The position numbers were made by a program, and so were the translations under genes. Below, piece by piece: positions 1 to 10,683 of a stretch of DNA of 64,000 nucleotides. The notes under the pieces were generated by a model. It searched no databases. It saw nothing but the letters and a program-made list of their open reading frames with translations, and had not been told where the DNA came from. Source of the stretch: Squalus acanthias (lineage: Eukaryota); contig CM059432.1 in the NCBI GenBank assembly GCA_030390025.1, positions 72,914,001 to 72,978,000 of the forward strand. The letters are read 5' to 3'. How positions within the stretch are numbered: the stretch's first letter is position 1; each line of letters opens with the position of its first letter.

Positions 1-1474
1 CTCGTCTGTGAAGCTGAGGCAGGAGGTCAGTGGCCATTGAATCAGCTGATGAGTTGACAGCTTCAAATGTCAAGTCAAAGCTCCCAGCTGATTGAGAAAT
101 GTTCCCTTAACTACTTGCTTCTCTAAACTGCATTTCCACTACAGATTCAGAATGCTGCAAGTCTTTACACAAGTCTCCATCCAGTCTGACCTCATTACCT
201 CTCTCACCATTGACACATCGCTTCTGTCATCTATACTTCACCTGCCATCTATTCCATCAGCATAGGTGCCCTTGAAACTCTCTCACCTTGGTCCTCAGAA
301 TCCCACCACGATCAGCCCAACACCAGCATCACCAGGCACACTAGCAGCACCAACAACAACACCAACCTTCTCTGCAATCAAGTGATGCTGCACAGGACAC
401 AAGGCATCAGCACCCAAGCACATTGCTTCACGGGAGGCCAGGGCCAGATTTACTTCAATTGACGCTGTACACCCTGGCTGCCACACGGTTGGCACTACCC
501 CACACCAACACCATAAAGCATCCCTACAATGTCCAAGCCATTCCTTTCACACTCATCACCATTGCAGGGGGTACCGTTATGTCTCACCATTCACTGCAAC
601 TCACTAAGCCACGCCCAAAGGTGCACACAAATCTGTCCAAGATCGCAAAGTGTTGAAAATAAAGGTTTCAATGTTTGACACCACATTAACAGAAACTTTA
701 CATGAACATTGCATAAAACACCCAAATGCCTACCCTTGTGTGTTGTTTGTTGGCATGATTGCACTAGGATGAAGGTGAGTGTGAGGGGAGGCTAGTGAGA
801 TGGGGATGTGATAATGTAGATAGAGAGGGATGGGTGGAGGTGCAAGGTAAGTTGGTGTGAGTAAGGATGTGCAGGAGTAGGGTAGGGAAGGCAGAGTGAT
901 GGGGATGTGATGAGAGGCACAGCAAGATGAGGTTGAATATGGCTTTGTACTAACGTTTCGTGATCTACTGAGATCATTGAAACATTCGCGGCACTGCACC
1001 CAGGTCCTCCTGACCACATCCCTGCTTGTGCCCTCCTCTGCAATGTGCAACTAGGCTGTGTTGATCTCCTAGGGAGGTCTCTTCTGCCCATTGGAAGGGA
1101 AGAGGACCTCCCTGTGTGCTGTGACTCCCTCCATTAGCACATGGAAGGAGTCATGGGAGAGCCTGGGTGCAGCCCTGCACCTCTGTGCAGTGATTGTCAG
1201 TGTTTGCAGTACCTCAATGCTGTAGAACACTGACAGCACAAATGTCAAAAGAAAGTTGGCCATGATCCCTTTAAGGAAACCAGCTGATGACGCGTCATCA
1301 ATTGACGTCACCAGACCCGCTTCCTCTAATTGGCCGGGAAACGCGCTGGGTCGGCTTAACAAGCCCAATCACGGTAAATTTATTTCAGAGGCCGGGATGG
1401 AGACAGCAGCGGGGTCGCGACCCGCCACCGACATCGCTCACCACAAACCCGCCGAGGTTCGTAAAATCCAGCCC
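1..1474 (-). mobile_element. PIF/Harbinger transposon remnant with a Myb/SANT-like gene fragment; one TIR at 1461-1474, other boundary unresolved
   Basis: Minus strand ~950-1185 reads RAAPRLSHDSFHVLMEGVTAHREVLFPSNGQKRPP*...HIAEEGTSRDVVRRTWVQCRECFNDL (Myb/SANT-like trihelix). The terminus gtaaaatccagccc is identical to the TIR of the MITE at 54988-55844. Confidence 0.8.
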
Positions 1475-1677
1475 CATGTTTCACCAGCAAACAGCAGAAC
1501 CTTAAGGCCAACCAATTAACATATCTGCAGCTTAAGTTATGATAAGCCCCATGCCCACTACATTTTTGGTGTAACCACAAGTCATATGAATATATTTACG
1601 TTTATGCGACTGTTGAAGCTTTTTTGATGATGTTGTCAGCTTTTACTGGTTTTCTGGGTTGGCATGCCTGACAAGGT

Positions 1678-1836
1678 ACGGTAGCATAGTGTTACTAGAC
1701 TAGTAATCCAGGAGGCCTGAACTAATTATCCAGAGACATGAGTTCAAATCCACTACGGCAGCTGAGGAGTTTAAATTTAATTAATTAAATAAATCTGGAA
1801 TAAAAAGCTAGTATCGGTTATGGTGACCATGAAACT
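1678..1836 (+). mobile_element. tRNA-derived SINE, 5' part
   Basis: A-box-like ggtagcatagtg and B-box-like gagttcaaatcc, followed by an AT-rich body. Confidence 0.55.
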
Positions 1837-2149
1837 ACCTCCCAAACCCGCGAACTCTTCCACCTAGAAGGACAAGGGCAGCAGGCGCATGGGAACACCA
1901 CCACCTCCAAGTTCCCCTCCAAGTCACACACCATCCTGACTTAGAAGTATATCGCCAATCCTTCATCGTCACTGGGTCAAAATCCTGGAACTCCCTCCCT
2001 AACAGCACTGTGGGAGTACCATCACCACATGGACTGCAGCGGTTCAAGAAGGCGGCTCACCACCACCTTCTCAAGGGCAACTAGGGATGGGCAATAAATG
2101 CTGGCATTGCCAGCGACGCCCTGATCCCATAAACGAATTTTTAAAAAAA
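1837..2149 (+). mobile_element. 3' end of CR1-group (Zenon-like) LINE
   Basis: Near-identical to 37370-37678 and to the reverse complement of 38341-38650; ends in an A-rich tail. Confidence 0.8.
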
Positions 2150-2349
2150 ATCAACAACACTAAAACAGATTATCTGGTCATTATCACATTGTTGTTTGTG
2201 GGTGCTTGTTGTGTGCAAATTGGCTGCCGCGTTTTCTATATTACAACAGTGACACTTCAAAAAGTACTTAATTGGCTGTAAAGCGCTTTGGGAGGTCCGG
2301 TGGTCGTGAAAGATGCTATATAAATGCAAGTCTTGCTTTTTTCTTTTTT
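2150..2349 (+). mobile_element. DeuSINE-like SINE, 3' half
   Basis: Homologous to the reverse complement of 30323-30500; tail gctatataaatgcaagtct(t)n. Confidence 0.75.
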
Positions 2350-2351
2350 GT

Positions 2352-3642
2352 GCCAAAATTGGGAGAACTGCCTCACAGACTAGTCAAGCAACAGCTTGAC
2401 ACAGTCATACTCACAGAATCAGCCAAACGTTCCAGACTCCTCCATCACCATCCTTGGTTATGTCCTTTCCCACCGGCAGGACAGACCCACCAGAGGTGGC
2501 GGCGCAGTGGCATACAGTCGGGAGGGAGTGACCTTGGGAGTCCTCAACATTGAATCCGGACCGCATGAAGTCTCATGGCATCAGGTCAAACATGGGCAAG
2601 GAAACCTCCTGCTGATTACCACCTACCGCCCTCCCTCAGCTGATAAATCAGTACTCCTCCATGTTGAACACCACTTGGAAGAAGCACTGAGGGTAGCAAG
2701 GGCACAGAATGTACTCTGGGTGGGGGACTTCAATGTCCATCATCAAGAGTGGCTCGGTTGCACCACTACTGAACGAGCTAGCTGAGTCTTGAAGGACATA
2801 GCTGACAGACTGGGCCAGCAGAAGGTGCTGAGAGAATTAACACGAGGAAAAAGCTACTTGACTTCATTCTCACCAATCTACCTGTAGGAGTGGCCACCAC
2901 ACAGTCCTTGTGGAGACGAAGGCCCGTCTTCACACTGAGGACACCTTCCACCGTGCTAAATGGGATAGATTCAGAACAGATCTAGCAGCTCAAAACTGGG
3001 CATCCAAAATGAGGTGCAAACCTGGTGAAACTATAACACAGGACTACATGCATGCTAAACAGCGGAAGCAGCATGCTATAGACAGAGCTAAGCAATCCCA
3101 TAAACAACGGATCAGATCAAAGCTCTGCAGTCCTGCCACATCCAGTCGTGAATGTTGGTGGACCATTAAACAACTAACGGGAGGAGGAGGCTCCATAAAT
3201 ATCTCCATCCTCAATGATGGCGAAGCCCAGCACATGCGTGCAAAAGACAAGGCTGAAGGGTTTGCAACCATCTTCAGCCAGAAATGCCGAGTGGATGATC
3301 CATCTTGGCCTCCTCCTGAGGTCCCCACCAGCAATGAAGCCAGTCTTCAGCCAATTTGATTCACTCCACTTGATATCAAGAATGCCTGAGTGCACTGGAT
3401 ACAGCAAAAGCTATGGGCCCCAACATTATCCCGGCTGTAGTGCTGAAGACTTGTGCTCCAGAACTAGCCGTGCCTCTAGCCAAGCTTTTCCAGTACAGCT
3501 ACAACACTGGCATCTATCCGACAGAGTGAAAAATTGCCCAGGTACGTCCTGTCCTCAAAAAGCAGGACAAATCTAATCCGGCCAATTACCGCTCCGTCAG
3601 TCTACTCTCACTGATCAGCAAAGTGATGGAAGGTGTCGTTGA
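2352..3642 (+). mobile_element. CR1-group (Zenon-like) LINE ORF2 fragment (APE endonuclease to start of RT), internally deleted
   Basis: Motifs VILTES, GGGAVAY, TTYRPPS, VGDFNVHH, PANYRSVSLLS; overlaps in homology with 36085-36360. Confidence 0.85.
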
Positions 3643-4170
3643 TAGAACATAACGTAAGAATTAGGAGCAGGAGTCGGCCATACGGCCCCTCGAGCCTGCT
3701 CCGCCATTCAATAAGATCATGGCTGATCTTCGATGTCAACCCCACTTTCCTGCCCGATCCCCATATCCCTTGATTCCCCTGGAGTCCAAAAATCTATCTA
3801 TCTCAGCCTTGAATATACTCAACGACTCAGCATCCAACGCCCTTTGGGATAGAGAATTCTAAACATTCACAAACCTCTGAGCGAAGAAATTCCTCCTCAT
3901 CTCAGTCTTAAATGGCCTACCCCTTATCCTGAGACTATGCCCCCTAGTTCTAGACTCTCCAGCCAGGGGAAACAACCTCTCAGCATCTACCCTGTCAATC
4001 CCCCTCAGAATCTTATTTGTTTTAATGAGATCACCTCTCATTCTTCTAAACGTCAGAGAGTATAGGCCCAATCTACTCAATCTCTCCTCATAGGACAACC
4101 CTCTCATCCCAGGAATTAATCTAGTGAACCTTCGTTGCATCGCCTCTAAGGCATGTATGTCCTTTCTCAG
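3643..4170 (-). mobile_element. CR1 LINE 3' end
   Basis: QRRFTRLIPGMRGLSYEERL...TRGHSLRI and the CR1 3'UTR with a (ttatgttc)-type tail. Confidence 0.9.
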
Positions 4171-5899
4171 ATTGCTTTGGCTGTATTGAAGAGTGGCGAT
4201 GGAAGGTCAGCAAAGGAATATGGGCTGAACGGATCCCTTTGATTATGACAGATGGGATATTCTGCTGGAACAGGTGCAGCTGAGGAGAGTTGACATATTT
4301 GAAGCATAGGGGAGCCCTCCTCTGTGCCACAATGTGCAGGAAACATAACAGGAGGTAGTGGATAGACTGAATATAGAGTGAATACTGTCTCCCATATCCA
4401 TAGCTCGTGAAGGACGAAATTCTCAGATCTAGGATGAATGCAAATGCCCCCAGATTGATAGCTCAGATTAATCTATGTCTATCGAGTTTCACAGGGACTG
4501 TGTACCAAACATGGTGCAGTGTCAGCAAGGGAGCATGGAAAGCAATGGCACCACCTCTTGTGTCTTTCACTCCTGTACTTCTAAGTCCATAATACTTCAG
4601 GTTAAACTTTGTGGTTGGGACATAAAAATACTTCTAATTTTACACAAACTGTTGCATGTTGTGCCATCAAGTAAAATGGCACCTGAAAGTACTTGCATGC
4701 TGTTTAGTCATTAATTTACACAAGGTGGAGTGAAGACTAGGTACTGGGATGCCCTCTATATTTTTACAAATGCTAAAAGTGTATTATGTGTCTATATTAA
4801 AAGGAAAAGGCTGTGTAAAACCAGAGACGTAAGTTAGATTGGTGGAGGCCTTGCCAACTTTCAATTTCTTAATCAGCGTGAGGAAGTAAACCTTCAAATC
4901 ATGGCAACAGAGGATGTAGGCCAGGAAAAGTTTGGTGGCTTGGTGGCAGCCCAACAAGGCAGGTGTTCTGTTTAACTTTTTCTTGCTCTCCCTTCAGACT
5001 CATTAACACACAGACACGTCTGCCCAGCAGCAGCAAGACACTCAATATATTAGCATTGATATTGTGTGCTTAACTATTTGATGCAGACACCATGGCAACA
5101 CATGATCCTTTTCTCTTTGTTTAAGAAGTTCCAGGCAAACACTATACTATCCACCACATCTTTCAGAATCAAACCTCAAAAGGCCGGAGTAGGAAATCCC
5201 AGAATTACCTATTTTAAACAAGTGAGCAGTGCTGAAAGAATGAATGGGTGAAAAAGATTGCTGATTGAGGTGTGGGACAACTTTACACAGGATTGCTTAA
5301 AATTAAGAGAAGTAATAAGCTCGCATATGCGCTGTGCAAGGCTTCCAAAAATTTGCAGCTTGCTAAATTTGGCGCCCTGAATCAGGCATTTCATCGAGGT
5401 GTACTCTTGGAATGTGACTGTGGCCCCGAATTTGTACAGATTGACACAAACACCAGTTATTTCTGCGGCAGTTCTCCGATATCCCGCCGGAACTGCTCTT
5501 TCATATTCCCAAGTTTCTCATACCTCTGACCTGGCTCAAACCAACTCGTGACTACATACGCATCTCAGAACGTAACTTTCACTATAACATCACTACAACC
5601 ATACTTGCTTTATGATTTTATTGCTTTTCAATGGACGAATTTATTTGTCCAGGTTTCAGTTTCCATTATTTCATATCCCCATAATCTGTGCATATCATGT
5701 TCTGCTGCGTGGGGATCCTCCCCAGGATATACACAGTGCAGAGCTTTTGGAAGCAATTTCATTGTTTTCATTCCCAAGTCACTTTGCATCATTTCATTTT
5801 TATTTTCATTTGCAGACAAAAGAAAGTACAGCATTCATGGTTGTAAACGGTCTCCTCCATTGTCCAGCTCAGTATGACTGGCTTTGCTTGGTTCCGCTT

Positions 5900-6451
5900 T
5901 TACCAATTTGATCGTACCCAGAATATCTCCAGCAATGGCTTCTCTTTGCACCTCCACACTGTCACCTCGGAAGTCGCCCAAGGATCTATTCTTGGCCCCT
6001 CCCCTTCCTCATCTACATGCTGCCCCTTGGTGACATGATCTGCAGACACAGGATCAACTTTCAGGTACACTGATGATACCCAGCTGTACCTCTCCATCAC
6101 CTCTCTCAACCGCTCCCCTGCCTCAGTGTTGATGGACAGCTTGACGAACATCCAGTGTTGGATGAGCCACAATTTCCTCCAGCGGAAAATTTGAAAGACT
6201 GAAGCCATTGTCTTTGGCCACCACCACAAACTCTGTACCCTTGCCACCGATTCCATCCCCCTCACTGGCCACTGTCTCAAGATAAAATACACCGTTTGTA
6301 ACCTCATAATTCAACTTGACCCTGAGCTTAGCTTCCAACCCCATCTCCTCTCCATCACAAACACTACCTACATCCATCAACATAACATTGCCTGTCTCAA
6401 CCCCTACCTCAAAATTTGTCACTGAAACCCTCATCCAGACTTAACTATTCC
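5900..6451 (+). mobile_element. L2 LINE RT fragment, degenerate
   Basis: VAQGSILGP, IYMLPLG and YTDDTQLYLS on the + strand; homologous to the reverse complement of 46430-46950. Confidence 0.8.
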
Positions 6452-6819
6452 TGGCTGCCGGGGACAGCAACGGGGGCAGGTGCTGGCAGGCAGCCAGCAA
6501 CAAAAATGGCCGCACGCCACCTCCCCTTTAAATAGTGCCGCCCTGGCCGCAGGTAGGCCCCCCCCTGACCCCGGCGGACATAGCGTCCGGCGGTAAGTCG
6601 GGGGGCGCCACCCAATATTGCAGTCGGGGCGCGAGCGGGGCGCTGTGCACGCGATGACGCCATCGCCGGTGGCGCTAACGGTTAGCGCCGCCGCTAACCT
6701 CCCGCTGAATTTTGTGGGAGGCGTTAGTGGTGCCGCGCCCAGCCGCTAGTTGATTTGCGCCCTGTTAGCGCCCTCTTAGGGCGCTAATGGGAGTCGCAAA
6801 TCAACTGAATTTAGCCCCC
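6452..6819 (-). mobile_element. GC-rich Harbinger-type MITE, half copy
   Basis: Reverse-complement homolog of 7198-7560; TIR ctgaatttagccccc ending at 6819. Confidence 0.8.
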
Positions 6820-6932
6820 AGAGAGTTTAACGGTATCAGTGCAGCAGAGAATAAGGTCAAGGCAGGGAATAATGGTAAAAAATTTAAATTAGAGGCTCTT
6901 TATCTGAATGCACGAAGCATTCATAACAAGAT

Positions 6933-7106
6933 CAATCACAGAATCACAGAATCCCCACAATGCAGATAGAGGCCATTTCGGCCCATCGAGCCTGCACCGA
7001 CACATATCCCACCCTGTCCCCGTAACCCCACGTATTGAATCCCCCCTAACACTAACGGTCAATTTATCATAGCCAAATCAACCTAACCCGCACATCTTTG
7101 GACTGT
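6933..7106 (-). mobile_element. SINE 3' fragment with CR1-like tail (HE1-like)
   Basis: (cacagaat)n tail and caacctaacccgcacatctttggactgt; interrupts the CR1 EN between NKI and DELVAQ. Confidence 0.7.
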
Positions 7107-7197
7107 GATGAACTAGTGGCACAAATAGAGATAAATGTGTTTGATCTAATAGCCATTACAGAGACGTGGTTGCAAGGTGGCCAAGGTTGGGAACTAT

Positions 7198-7958
7198 GGG
7201 GGAAAAATTCAGCTGCTTGCGCCTCCCGTTAGCGCCTTAAGAGGGCGCTAATGGGGCGTAAAGCAGCTAACGCCCGGGCGCAGCGCCGCCCACGCCTCCC
7301 GAAAAATTTAGTGGGAGGTTAGCGGCGGCGGCAGCCGGTAGCGCCCTGTGGCGCTGCGCCGCCGGCGATGACGTCATCGCCGTGCGCAGCACCCCGCTCG
7401 CGCCCCGGCCGTGATCTTCAGTCGCGCCCCCTGATTTACCGCCAGACGCTATGTCCGACGGGTTCAGGGAGGCGTACGTGCGGCCGGGGCGGCGATATTT
7501 AAAGCGGAGGTGGCAGACGGCCATTTTTGTTGCTGGCCGCCTGCCAGCACCTGCCCCCGGCCCCCGTGAAGCCCCCCCACCGTGAAGTGCCGGCTGCGTT
7601 CCAAGAGCCCGGCACTTCTCTTGAGTGCCGGGCTCTTTTGCCGGCACTCCCGATCCCTGGGGGCCCAGCTGGGCCCCGGTTCGCGCTGCGCAGGGTCCCT
7701 CCCCTTTAAGAAGGGGAGGAAGGCCTGCAATACCGCGGCGCGACGTGCCGCAGCGCGTGGCGCTGCGGCACGTAGCGCCAGGATATTCACTCGCAGCGCC
7801 CCAAGAGGGATGCGGGCTGCTTCCAGTTGCGCCCCGCTTCCCTCTTGGGGCGCAACCACTGAAGTTCCGGCGTGGGGCCGCTAATTTTTTCGGGGCGCTA
7901 AAAGTCGCGCCCCGGCGAGGTTAGCGCCCCAAATGGGGCGCGACTCAATTTTTACCCC
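7198..7958 (+). mobile_element. GC-rich Harbinger-type MITE, complete
   Basis: TIRs gggggaaaaattcag / ctcaatttttacccc (13/15 match); 3-bp TSD tat/cat; inserted in the CR1 EN coding region; repeated ttagcgcc/ggcgctaa motifs. Confidence 0.85.
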
Positions 7959-9813
7959 CATATGTTCCAGGGTATTTGACGTTTTGAAAAGACAGGCAGA
8001 ATGGAAAAGGAGGGGGAGTAGCCCTGATAATAAAGGATGACACAAGGACAGTAGCGAGAAAGGATCGGAAGATCAGAAAGTAGAATCAGTATGGGTGGAG
8101 ATAAGGAATAAAAAGGGGTAGAAAACATTGGTAGGAGCAGTAGAAAGGCCCCCTAACAGTATCTATACCGTTGGACAGAATATTAATCAAGAAATAGTAG
8201 GAGCTTGCAACAAAGGTAATGCAATAATCTTGGGGGACTTTAATTTTCATATAGACTGGACAAGTCAAATTGGCAAAGGTAGTCTGGAGGACGAGTTCAT
8301 GGAATACATTCAGGACAGTTTCCTAGAGCAATATGTCATGGAACCAACCAGGGAACAGGCTATTTTAGATCTTGTATCGTGTAATGAGACAGGGTTAATT
8401 AGCAATCTCATAGTAAAGGATCCTCTGGGCAAAGTGATCATAATATGATGGAATTTCACCTTAATTTTGAGAGTGACTTGCCTAAGTCTGAAACTAGAGT
8501 CTTAAACTTAAATAAAGCAAATTACATAGGTATGAGGGGCGAGTTGGCTAAGGTAGATTGGAAAAATAGATTAAAAGGTATGGCGGTAGATAAGCAGTGG
8601 CTAGCATTTAAAGAAATATTTCATGATTTTCAACAAAAATACATTCCATTGAGAAACAAAAATTCCACGGGAAAAGTGATCCAACCGTGGCTAACTAAAG
8701 AAGTTAAGGATAGCATTAGATTGAAAGAAGAAGCTTATAATGTTGCAAAGAATAATAGTAAGCCTGAGGATTGGGAGAGTTTCAGAAACCAGCAAAGGTT
8801 GACCAAAAAATTGATAAAAAGGGAAAAAATAGAATATGAGAGAAAACTAGCAAGAAATATCAAAGCAGCTTGTAAGAGTTTCTACAAGTATATAACAAGG
8901 AAAAGAGTAGCAAAAGTAAACGTTGGTCCCTTAGAGGCTGAGACAGGAGAAATTATTATGGGGAATAAGGAAATGGCAGAAACGTTAAACACATATTTTG
9001 TATCTGTCTTCACAGTAGAAGATACAAAAAGCATACCATAAATGGTGGGAAACCAAGGGTCTAATGAGGGTGAGGAACTTAACATAATTAATATAAGTAG
9101 AGAAAAAGTACTGGAGAAACTAATGGGACTAAAAGCTGACAAATCCCCTGGACCTGACGGCCTACATCCTAGGGTTCTAAAAGAGGTGGCTGAAGAGATA
9201 GTGGATGCATTGGTTTTGATCTTCCAAAATTCCCTAGATTCTAGAATGGTCCCAGTGGATTGGAAGATCACAAATGTAACACCACTATTCAAGAATGGAG
9301 GGAGAGAAAAAACAGGTGACTACAGGCCAGTTAGCCTAACAGCAGTCATCAGGAAAATGCTGGAATCCATTGTTAAGGAAGTGGTATCAGGGCACTTAGA
9401 AAATCATAACATGATTAGGCAGAGTCAACATGGTTTTATGAAAGGGAAATCATGTTTGACAAATTTTTTAGAGTTTTTTGAAGATGTAACTAGCAGGGTA
9501 GATAAAGGGGAACCAGTGGATATAATATATTTAGATTTCCAAAAGGCATTCGATAAGGTGCCACATAAAAGGTTATTACACAAGATAAGGGCTCATGGGG
9601 TTGGGGGTAATATAATAGCATGGATAGAGGATTGGTTAACGGACAGAAACAGAGAATAGAGGTAAACGGATCTTTTCAGGTTGGCAAGGATCAATGTTGG
9701 GGCCTGAGCTATTTACAATTTATATTAATGACCTAGATGAAGGGACCGAGTGTTATGTATCCAAGTTTGCTGATGATACAAAGCTAGGTGGGACAGTAGG
9801 ATGTGAGGAGAAC

Positions 9814-10149
9814 TGTAGGGGGTGGTGTGGTAGAGTCAGCTTCAACTCTGACTCAGTGAGCGGTTCAAATCGCTCCCACGCCCCTGGTTCTAGACCTTGG
9901 ACTTATTTGGGGGTTGTGAACAAAGATGCAGTAGACAACAGGTTTTGATGAAAGAGTTTTGACTTTTATTAAAGAAAAGGTAACAAACTTAAAACACGCT
10001 TAATGCTTAAACACAGGTTGGGGAACACACGGTACAGGCGAGGGAGAATTACAATATACAAAAACCCTTATCCCTCCCAATCCCACTGCCTAGCTAGGTT
10101 TAATTCCGGTTTCGTGTTGAAGTGATTTAGGTTTCAGTTGATGCCTGTT

Positions 10150-10192
<43 letters not shown>

Positions 10193-10440
10193 TCCAGGTC
10201 CTCTCACAGCAAAGGCCAGGCAGTCGCCGAAGACCTTCAATGCAGCAGCATCAGAGGCGACTTTCAGACCTAATACTACTACTACCTTCATCACATCTCC
10301 ATTGTAATAGTGGACCTGTAGCTGATAGTCAGCTATCCAAATGTGCTCCCGCCAGGTTTCACAATCGTGGTTCAGAACAGGCGTGCTTCACGTAGAACAA
10401 GGGTTAAAATCACAAAGGCCTTTCAAAATGGCATTATACA
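9814..10440 (-). mobile_element. Solo-LTR-like element
   Basis: TGTA...TACA termini; AATAAA on the minus strand near 9965; internal (GA)n; interrupts the CR1 RT. No TSD seen. Confidence 0.5.
10151..10187. repeat. (AG)n microsatellite
   Basis: Perfect AG dinucleotide run. Confidence 0.95.
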
Positions 10441-10642
10441 GCCAATTTAGTGCTTGTTAAGGGCCTTAACAGCCTATCCCGCCTCTTAAAGGCGGGACGG
10501 AGTCGGGACCAGCAGACACGATTTAATGAAAATCGCGTGGAGGCGGGATGGAGGCGGACTTGTGCCCGCCCGCCAGTTTTCGCAATTTTAACCCACCACA
10601 CGCCTCCAAACCCGCCTCCACGGGTCAATGAAAATCCAGCCC
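10441..10642 (+). mobile_element. Harbinger MITE right end
   Basis: Ends gaaaatccagccc; similar to 29940-30052 and 55730-55844. Confidence 0.8.
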
Positions 10643-10683
10643 AAAGAATCTGCAAAGGGATAGAGATAGACTAAGTGAATAGG

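Noticed and set aside
4170..5900. Possible exons (acceptor-like sites near 4997 and 5815)
   Set aside because: No matching strong donors or recognisable coding signal.
7267..7924. Several Ala/Arg/Pro-rich ORFs of 99-131 aa
   Set aside because: Artefacts of a GC-rich MITE with few stop codons; no domain signature.
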